Source of the DNA: an uncultured Holophagales bacterium
Lineage (GTDB): Bacteria > Acidobacteriota > Thermoanaerobaculia > Multivoradales > UBA5704
Assembly: GCA_963842525.1 (NCBI GenBank)
Contig: CAWJGT010000003.1
Location: 32,001-96,000 of the forward strand
DNA length: 64,000 nt
Direction of reading: 5' to 3'
The position numbers were made by a program, and so were the translations under genes. Shown here piece by piece: positions 39,587-46,934 of the stretch. The notes beneath the pieces were generated by a model, which did not search any database, was not told where the DNA came from, and worked only from the letters and a program-made list of their open reading frames with translations. Every line of letters begins with the position of its first letter. The first letter of the stretch is position 1.

Positions 39587-40927
39587 GCCGCCTGCCTCGA
39601 CCGCCCCAGCCCCAGGATCCAGTCGCAGTTGTAGAAGCGGTGCAGGTTGTGCGCGTAGAAGCGGTAGCCGAGGTTGGTGCCAATGCGCACCGGCCAGGGG
39701 CTGGGTGACGCCGCGAGCCGCCGGACGATGGAGCGCACACTGTAGGCGTACCGCCAGGCTGTCTCGATTCCGCTCTGGAGCTGCTCGACGGTCATCTGCG
39801 CCGGCTGGAAGACGACGTGCTGGCCGTCGTAGAGCTCCCAGTTGCGGGTGAGGATGCGGCCTTCGCTGTCGAGCCGGTGGAACAGGGCGGTGCCGGGAAA
39901 GGGGGTCACCATGGCGAAGCGCGGCAGGTCGATCCTGGCCTCGACCGCGAACCGGGCGGTCTCCAGGAAGACCTCCGGCGTGTCGTGGTCCAGGCCGAAG
40001 ACGAAGCAGCCCTGGAGCGCGATGCCGTGCCGGTGGAGGGTCTCGACCAGCTCGCGGAAGCGCTCCGGAGAGTTGAAGGCCTTCTTCGAGTCGCGCAGGT
40101 TCTCCCGCGAGATCGACTCCAGGCCCATGAGGAGGCCCCGGCAGCCGCTTTTCTGGGCCAGAGCGAGCAGGTGAGGATCGTCGGCCAGGAGGACGGTCGC
40201 CAGCCCGTACCACTGGACCTTCAGCGGGATGAGCGCCTCGAACAGGCGCGCCGCGTAGTCGCGGTCCGCGATCAGGTTGAGGTCGACGAAGATCAGCTTG
40301 CGCGCCCGTTTCTGTCGGATGTCGGCGACCACGTCCTCGACCGGCTTCTGGTAGGGCTTCTGCCCCCAGGCGGACGGGACGACGCAGAAGTCGCACTTGT
40401 GGATGCAGCCGCGCGTGGCCTCGAAGACGTCGTCGGTGAGGAAATGGCTGCGGGGCAGCAGATCGCGCCGCGGGAAAGGGCGACCGGCGAGAGAGAGGCC
40501 CGGCCTGCTGGTCGTAGCGCGGGCGCAGGTGGCCGGCTGCGAAATCGCGCAGCAGCTCGGGCCAGCTCTCCTCGGCGTAGCCGACGACGATCGCAGTCGG
40601 CGTGCGGCTGGGCGTCCTCCGGAACCAGGGTGACGTGCGGGCCGCCGAGCACGACGGTGATGCCGCGGCGCGGAAGGCGGCGGCCAGCTCGTAGGCCCGC
40701 ACCGCCGTGCCGGTGATCACCGTCATTCCGATCAGGTCGGCCTCGATCGCCTGCGGATCGACCTCCTCGATGCCCTCGTCGACGAGGCGGATCTCGGCCT
40801 CCAGCTCCGCCGGCACCAGCGCGGCCAGCGTGGTGAGCGTCAGCGGCATGTAGCGGAGCGACTTCTTCCAGATGCCGCCCCGGTGGCGGTAGAGCGGCCC
40901 TTTGGGGGAGATCAGGACAATCCGCAT
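39583..40927 (-). CDS. Cobalamin-dependent radical SAM enzyme (first); ~3 frameshifts near 40670, 40595 and 40505
   Basis: PLTLTTLAA, VVLGGPH, VVGYAE, TRGCIHKCDFC, FVDLN, MGLES, FVFGLD and TPFPGT found in successive frames. Confidence 0.88.
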
Positions 40928-41089
40928 GACCTATCGTCGTTCTCCGCTCTCTCTCGCTGTCAACTCGCCAGGTCGCGAGGCATCGCGAATCGGAGGCAGC
41001 GAAGTCCGTGCCAGGCCGCCTGAGACGCACAAGCGCCTGTGAACCCGGGAATGTGCCGCGGCCTGGGCGGTTTTCCCGAGGGACATTGC

Positions 41090-41119
41090 GTGTACGCGGG
41101 GTCTACAGGGAGTGTACGC
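41090..41119. promoter_or_regulatory. Candidate operator: direct repeats at 11-bp period upstream of the radical SAM operon
   Basis: GTGTACGC (41090), GTCTACAG (41101), GTGTACGC (41112). Confidence 0.35.
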
Positions 41120-41153
41120 CTGGCGCAGAAGATTACAGGGCCTCGTCAAGGTC

Positions 41154-41358
41154 GGTGGTGGCGCGGGCGGGAGACCTCACCCCCTGTCCCCCTCTCCCAT
41201 CTCCCACCCTTCCATCCCCGGGAGAGGGGGGACGTAGTTGATGCCCATGTGGCGAGCTCGCGGAAGGGCTTCGGATGCGTCCCCCCTCTCCTGGCGGGGG
41301 GTGGAAGGGAGATGGGAGAGGGGGACAGGGGGTGAGGTCTCCCGCCCGCGCCACCACC
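41154..41358. repeat. REPIN/MITE-like element, copy 3, with ~50-bp perfect terminal inverted repeats
   Basis: GGTGGTGGCGCGGGCGGGAGACCTCACCCCCTGTCCCCCTCTCCCATCTCCC and its reverse complement. Confidence 0.92.
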
Positions 41359-41367
41359 AACCTGTCC

Positions 41368-41884
41368 GCCCTTCGCGCAGAGCCAAAGACATGTGACTCT
41401 GGCCCTGCGCCATGTGTCTTTGCCGCTGCGTCATGGGCGGAGCGCCAGAGACTTTAGCCGCAGCTTCACTGCCAGGTGTCTTTGCGGCTCTGCCCTTGGC
41501 GCAGAGCCAAAGACATGTGACTCTGGCCCTGCGCCATGTGTCTTTGCCGCTGCGTCATGGGCGGAGCGCCAGAGACTTTAGCCGCAGCTTCACTGCCAGG
41601 TGTCTTTGCGGCTCTGCCCTTGGCGCAGAGCCAAAGACATGTGACTCTGGCTCTGCGCCATGTGTCTTTGCCGCTGCGTCATGGGCGGAGCGCCAGAGGC
41701 TTTAGCCGCAGCTTCACTGCCAGGTGTCTTTGCGGCTTTGCCCTTCGCGCAGAGCCAAAGGCATGTGACTCTGGCTCTGCGCCATGTGTCTTTGCCGTTG
41801 CGTCATGGGCGGAGCGCCAGAGGCTTCAGCCGCAGCTTCACTGCCAGGTGTCTTTGCGGCTCCGCCCATGGCGCAGAGCCAAAG
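41368..41884. repeat. Tandem array of four 124-bp units plus a partial fifth, with internal palindromes
   Basis: Unit starts GCCCWTSGCGCAGAGCCAAAG at 41368, 41492, 41616, 41740 and 41864; only a few substitutions between units. Confidence 0.97.
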
Positions 41885-42130
41885 TCGCCAGCCTGCTTTG
41901 GGCGGCCGCGGCTTCCCGGTCGATTAAAACCCTACGTTCGGCCTGGCCGGCACGTTGGGCCGAGTGGTCAGCCAGCTCCAGGCCAGTCCCTGCTTGAGGA
42001 ACCGAGGTCCATAAGAAGCTCAGGATGAGGTTGGGCGGCAGGGCAGCATGCAGATCGAGGCTGAAGAATGCCTACGCCCCTTCGGCTTCCGGAAAATTTG
42101 GGGTCGCACCTGGCGCTGAAGCGCCAGGCT

Positions 42131-42307
42131 TTACGCCCATGCCCCTTCGGCAAGCCGGCCCTCAGGGTCCTCCGCATCCCCGAGGACGCACTCCAGGCGG
42201 GCGACAGGACGCCCCCTGTCGAGGATCAGGATCGTCTCGCCGTGCCGTACCTGGTCCACCAGCGCGCTCAGGTTGTTCTTGGTCTCGGTCAGGGTGGCTC
42301 TCTTCAT
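42131..42307 (-). pseudogene. Orphan Phd/YefM antitoxin, apparently truncated at a palindromic repeat
   Basis: MKRATLTETKNNLSALVDQVRHGETILILDRGRPVARL; runs into CCGAAGGGGC...CCTGGCGCTTCAGCGCCAGG; no toxin gene downstream. Confidence 0.7.
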
Positions 42308-42351
42308 ATGGCTAGAATAGCCACGACGCTCCCCCCAAGGCAAGCCGTCGC

Positions 42352-44172
42352 TCACTCCCCTGGCAGCTCCAGCGTAAACACGGTCCCCTTGGGGACGTTG
42401 TCCTCGACGCGGATCGTGCCGTTGTGTTCGGTCACGATGCGGTGGACGATGGAGAGGCCCAGGCCGGTGCCGCGGCCTTTGGTGGAGTAGTAAGGGAGGA
42501 AGAGCTTGTCCCTGGCCGCGAGAGGGATGCCCTTGCCGGTGTCGGCCACACGGAGCTCCAGGTGCCCGTTGTCGCGCCGGGCCGCCACCGTGACCCGGCC
42601 CGGCGCCTGGGTCGCTTCGACGGCGTTGTCCAGCAGGTTGATGAGCGCGCGGCGGATCTGCTCGCCGTCCAGCAGGACCGTCGAGAGCGCCGGGTCGACC
42701 TCGGCCGCGACCTCGACGCCGGGTTTCACGTTGCGGTAGAGGTTGAGCGTGTCGCCCACCAGGCGGGAGAGGTCCACCAGGCTGGGCCGCGGCCGGGGCA
42801 TGCGGGCGTAGCGCGAGAACTCGTCGACCATCTCCTGGAGGTTGACCACCTCGCGGACGATGACGTCGACTCCCTGCTCGACCGCCGCGCCCAGGCCTGG
42901 ATCCCCCTGCTGGTGCTTCATGAGCATCCGCTCGGCCGCCAGGCGGATCGGGGTGAGCGGGTTCTTGATCTCGTGCGCGATGCGCCGCGCCGCCTCGTTC
43001 CAGGCCGCGAGCTGTTGTGCCTTGAGCAGCTCCTGGCTGCTCCGTTCGAGCTGCAGCTTGTTGCTCTCCAGCTCCTCGGTCATGCGGTTGAACGACTCCA
43101 CCAGCACCCCGAGCTCGTCGTCGGCCTCGATCTCGACCCGGTGGGAGAGGTCTCCATCGGTGATCTTCCGTGTCCCGTCGGCCAGGGCCTGGATCGGCAC
43201 GGTCACCCGCCGCGCCAGGTAGAGCCCGACCCAGGAGGAGGCGAGAAGGATCAGCAGGGTCACCATCAGGAAGATCAGCATGTGGCTCGCCCGCAGGTCA
43301 TCCTTCTGGACCTCGAGCTGGCGATAGGTCTGGTACTCCTGCACCAACTGCTCGCGCTTGCGGGCAAGCTCCGCGGGGATGAGGCGGCCGGTGACGACGA
43401 TCACCCGGGGCGTGCCGGCCGACGTGACCGCGGTCAAGGCCAGGGGTCCGGGGAGGCCGGGGAGGTTTTCGACGCGCGCCACCGTGCCCTTGTCCAGAGC
43501 TTCGGCGAGGAAGTCGCGGTCGATCTCGGGAAGGTCGGTCATCCCGGACAGCGACCTCATGACAGCATGCACGAACTCGGTCCCTTCATAGACTGCCAGG
43601 AGGTCCAGGTCCAGGTCTGCGAGCAGCTCCTTCGCGCGGCGGGTCAGCCGGGGCCGCTCGTCCGCCCGCACGAGGTCGATTCCTTGGATCTGCGCCAGGG
43701 TCAGCCGGGCATCGCGCAGGCCGGTCCGCTCGATCTGGTCATAGAGGCCCTGCGCCACCGCGTTGCCGCGTTCGAGCACCGGCGCCAGCGGCGTGCTGAA
43801 CCAGCGGTCGATCGAGCCCTGGAGCAGCTCGGTGGCGATGGCGAAGAGGAGGAGGACAGGGATCAGCGACAGGCCGACATAGGTGGCGACGAGCTTGAGC
43901 TTGAACGTCGAGCCGAGGATGCGGTGCCGGCGCTCGATGATCAGCTTGAAGACGTTGCGCAGCAGGACGAAGAGGATGGTCAGGATCAGGACGGCGTTGG
44001 CGTACGAGAGAGCGAACAGCAGCACGCGGTTGGCCAGCAGGGCCTCGGGGAGGTCGCGGCCCCGCTGGAGGAGATAGAAGATGGCGGTGAAGACCAGCAG
44101 CAGGACGAACAGGCCGGCGATGATCAGCCGGTGGTTCTTGCGGTGGCGGTTGAGCTTTTCGCGCAGGTCCAT
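42352..44172 (-). CDS. NtrY-like HAMP sensor histidine kinase
   Basis: Three N-terminal TMs, SIDRWF, HAMP (DELGVLVESFNRM), AAWNEAARRIAHEIKNPLTPI, NLLDNA, ADTGKG, GTGLGL. Confidence 0.92.
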   Translation of the reverse strand: MDLREKLNRHRKNHRLIIAGLFVLLLVFTAIFYLLQRGRDLPEALLANRVLLFALSYANAVLILTILFVLLRNVFKLIIERRHRILGSTFKLKLVATYVGLSLIPVLLLFAIATELLQGSIDRWFSTPLAPVLERGNAVAQGLYDQIERTGLRDARLTLAQIQGIDLVRADERPRLTRRAKELLADLDLDLLAVYEGTEFVHAVMRSLSGMTDLPEIDRDFLAEALDKGTVARVENLPGLPGPLALTAVTSAGTPRVIVVTGRLIPAELARKREQLVQEYQTYRQLEVQKDDLRASHMLIFLMVTLLILLASSWVGLYLARRVTVPIQALADGTRKITDGDLSHRVEIEADDELGVLVESFNRMTEELESNKLQLERSSQELLKAQQLAAWNEAARRIAHEIKNPLTPIRLAAERMLMKHQQGDPGLGAAVEQGVDVIVREVVNLQEMVDEFSRYARMPRPRPSLVDLSRLVGDTLNLYRNVKPGVEVAAEVDPALSTVLLDGEQIRRALINLLDNAVEATQAPGRVTVAARRDNGHLELRVADTGKGIPLAARDKLFLPYYSTKGRGTGLGLSIVHRIVTEHNGTIRVEDNVPKGTVFTLELPGE

Positions 44173-44183
44173 GGCCGGGGGCC

Positions 44184-44729
44184 TCAAGAGCCGCTGGGAG
44201 GGCGGAACTTGGGCGAGTCCTTCCAGTCGGTGGCGATGGTGACCGGGATGAACGACAGCAGGTTGCGCGAGCCGAGCTCGGCCTGCACTTTGATCAGCAG
44301 GCGGCCCTGGCGGGGGACGCCCGCGAGGTCGAAGACCGGCAGCGGGCCGATCCGGGCCATGGCCTCTTCGGCCGCCTGGCGGTCGTGCACCGTCCGGCTC
44401 TCGACCAGCTTGTCGTCGAGCTTGACGTGGATGCTGTAGGTCCGGGCGACCGCGTCATGGACCGCCACCACCTCGAGGGTGCTGGCCTCGAGCCGGCGGT
44501 CGTACCAGCGCTTGCGGTCGCGGTGCAGCTCGAGGCGGTAGAGGATGGAGGTGGGCAGGCCGCTGTCGAGCCGCTGCGCCAGGCGCCGGTCGAACGCGTC
44601 GCGCAGGGTGAAGGCGGCGAGCACCCGGTCGCCGTCGAGGGACACCTTGATGTCGGAGATCCGGGCCTCGGCGGCCCGCGCCCCGGAGGCCGCGAGCAGC
44701 AGAAAAAGTAGCGCCAGGGCGGGTCTCAT
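44184..44729 (-). CDS. DUF4390-like exported protein
   Basis: Signal peptide, LDSGLPTSILYRLELHRDRKRWYD; typical position upstream of ntrY-like kinases. Confidence 0.7.
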   Translation of the reverse strand: MRPALALLFLLLAASGARAAEARISDIKVSLDGDRVLAAFTLRDAFDRRLAQRLDSGLPTSILYRLELHRDRKRWYDRRLEASTLEVVAVHDAVARTYSIHVKLDDKLVESRTVHDRQAAEEAMARIGPLPVFDLAGVPRQGRLLIKVQAELGSRNLLSFIPVTIATDWKDSPKFRPPSGS

Positions 44730-44779
44730 CAATCCAGGCAGTGTAGCAGCACCGAGCAGCAGGTATGTAGAGGCGGCTG

Positions 44780-45268
44780 CTACGGCGTGACCGTCCCCTC
44801 CGCGGAGACCTGGAAGGCGAGCCCCGGCTCGATCCCGGTCCCCGGCGTGTCCACGATCCGGGTGAGCCGCACGTTGTTGGCGAAGACGTTCTCGGTGCTG
44901 GCGCCGGTGACGTGCGTGTCGCAGGCGTTCGGATCGCTGACGCGGATCCGGTTCTCGGTGCCGACGGGCACGTCGGTGAAGGTCAGCGTGAAGCGGTCCG
45001 GCGGCTGGACGTCGAAGACGACCAACCGGTAGCCCTGCCAGCTCGGATGGATGTGGGTCCGACCGATGCCGTTGACACACCCTGGAAACGCCGCCTGGAT
45101 GGCGGGATCGACCGTGGTGGACGAGTTGTAGACGAACTGCACGGTCGTGGTCCGCGGGGCGGTCGGACCCGGGTCGCCGCCGCCATCTCCACTGCATGCG
45201 AGCAGAGCGGAGGCGAGGACGAGGGCAGGGAGGGAGTGTCTGATCTCTCGGCGGATCTCGTATCGCAT
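44780..45268 (-). CDS. Hypothetical lipoprotein
   Basis: Hydrophobic stretch with lipobox LLAC followed by a Gly/Pro-rich linker. Confidence 0.6.
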   Translation of the reverse strand: MRYEIRREIRHSLPALVLASALLACSGDGGGDPGPTAPRTTTVQFVYNSSTTVDPAIQAAFPGCVNGIGRTHIHPSWQGYRLVVFDVQPPDRFTLTFTDVPVGTENRIRVSDPNACDTHVTGASTENVFANNVRLTRIVDTPGTGIEPGLAFQVSAEGTVTP

Positions 45269-45276
45269 GGCTCGGA

Positions 45277-45663
45277 TCACCTTTCCAGTACGAAACGCTG
45301 CGGGAAGATCTCGGCGAGGCGGACCTCTTCCCGCTCTCCCTTGTCGTTGCAGGCCAGGATGGGAAGGTCTTCGGCGAACTCGACCAGGGTCTGCCGGCAG
45401 AGGCCGCAGGGACGGGACGGCGGGCTGGTGGAGGTCACCACGGCGACGGCCTGGGGCCGGCGCAGGCCGGCCGACGCCGCGGCCGACATGGCGTTGCGCT
45501 CGGCGCAGATGGAGAGCGCCGGGATGCAGTTTTCGATGTTCGCCGCGGCCCAGACCGAGCCGTCCTCCATCAGGATCGCGGCGCCGACGGGGAAGCGGCT
45601 GTAGGGCGAATACGAGCTTTCCCGCGCCTTGGCGGCCGCGGCGATCAACGGTTCCCAGTCCAT
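45277..45663 (-). CDS. cdd: Cytidine deaminase (homotetrameric type)
   Basis: YSPYSRFPVGAA, NIEN, ICAER, PCGLCRQ. Confidence 0.93.
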   Translation of the reverse strand: MDWEPLIAAAAKARESSYSPYSRFPVGAAILMEDGSVWAAANIENCIPALSICAERNAMSAAASAGLRRPQAVAVVTSTSPPSRPCGLCRQTLVEFAEDLPILACNDKGEREEVRLAEIFPQRFVLER

Positions 45664-45743
45664 GCGCCGGAATGTAGCACGGTGCGCGTTGTGATAGCGT
45701 ACCGCCGCGCTTTGCGCACCCGTCAACCAACGGAGATCTTCCG

Positions 45744-46673
45744 ATGCAAAATAAAGTGACCGTGGTGGGGGCCGGCAACGTCGGGGCCACCACCGCGCAG
45801 CGGATCGCCGAGGCCGAGCTGGCCGACGTCGTCATGGTCGACATCATGGGCGACCTGGCGACCGGCAAGGCGCTCGACATGATGGAGGCCGCCCCGGTCC
45901 TCGGCTTCAATGCCCGGATCTCCGGCGGCGGCGACTATGCCCCGACCGCGGGCTCGGACGTCTGCGTCGTGACCTCCGGCCTGGCTCGCAAACCTGGCAT
46001 GAGCCGGGACGACCTGCTGGCCAAGAACACCGAGATCATCCGCGAGGTGACCACGCAGCTCGTGAAGCACTCGCCGGACACGATCATCATCATGGTGACC
46101 AACCCGCTCGACGCCATGTGCGAGGTGGCGCGCCGGATCTCCGGTTTCCCCCGCGAGCGGATCTTCGGCATGGCCGGCGTGCTCGACGCCGCCCGGATGC
46201 GCTGGTTCATCGCCGACGAGCTCCGCGTCTCGGTCGAGGACGTGGACGCCTTCGTCCTCGGCGGCCACGGCGACACCATGGTGCCGCTGCCGCGCTATGC
46301 CACGGTCAACGGCATCCCGCTGCCGCAGCTCCTGGCGGCCGACCGGGTCGAGGCGATCAACGACCGGACGCGCAACGGCGGCGCCGAGATCGTCAACTAC
46401 TACAAGACGGGCTCGGCCTACTATGCGCCGTCGGCTGCGGTCTTCGACATGGTGGCGTCGATCCTCCACGACAAGAAGAAGATCCTCCCTTGCGCGGTCT
46501 ACCTGCAGGGTGAGTATGGCTACTCCGACCTCTTCGTCGGCGTGCCGTGCGTCCTCGGCCGCGGCGGCATGGAAAAGGTCATCGAGCTCGAGCTGGCCGA
46601 GGACGAGCGCGCGGCCCTCGAGCGCTCGGCCGATGCGGTGCGCGACCTGGTGAAAGGTCTGCCGAGCTTCTAG
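45744..46673 (+). CDS. mdh: Malate dehydrogenase (LDH-like)
   Basis: GAGNVG, ARKPGMSRDDL, VTNPLD, LDAAR, GGHGD, GSAYYAP. Confidence 0.97.
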   Translation: MQNKVTVVGAGNVGATTAQRIAEAELADVVMVDIMGDLATGKALDMMEAAPVLGFNARISGGGDYAPTAGSDVCVVTSGLARKPGMSRDDLLAKNTEIIREVTTQLVKHSPDTIIIMVTNPLDAMCEVARRISGFPRERIFGMAGVLDAARMRWFIADELRVSVEDVDAFVLGGHGDTMVPLPRYATVNGIPLPQLLAADRVEAINDRTRNGGAEIVNYYKTGSAYYAPSAAVFDMVASILHDKKKILPCAVYLQGEYGYSDLFVGVPCVLGRGGMEKVIELELAEDERAALERSADAVRDLVKGLPSF

Positions 46674-46898
46674 ACCTCACCCCCTGTCCCCCTCTCCCAT
46701 CGCCCCCCCTGCCCCCGGGAGAGGGGGGACGTGGTTCGAGCGACCGAGGCGAGGTCGAAGCAGGGTCGATGCAGGACCCGTCACCAACTACATTCGATCC
46801 CGCCGAACGGCCAATGTCCTCGCCACAATCGCCTCAGCTACGTCCCCCTCTCCCGGTCGGTGGGGGGGCAATGGGAGAGGGGGACAGGGGGTGAGGTC
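46673..46898. repeat. REPIN/MITE-like element, copy 4, starting at the mdh stop codon
   Basis: GACCTCACCCCCTGTCCCCCTCTCCCAT ... ATGGGAGAGGGGGACAGGGGGTGAGGTC. Confidence 0.92.
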
Positions 46899-46934
46899 GA
46901 AACTCCACCACGTCCTCTCCCGTACCTGATTCCG

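Noticed and set aside
38228-40927. Single 899-aa fused radical SAM protein
   Set aside because: It results from frameshifts in rSAM1; the middle is out of frame, and two separate genes with a TTGA overlap explain all motifs.
41368-41884. CRISPR array or repeat-protein gene
   Set aside because: Whole units are nearly identical with no unique spacers, and the 124-bp period shifts frame each copy, so the listed ORFs are artefacts.
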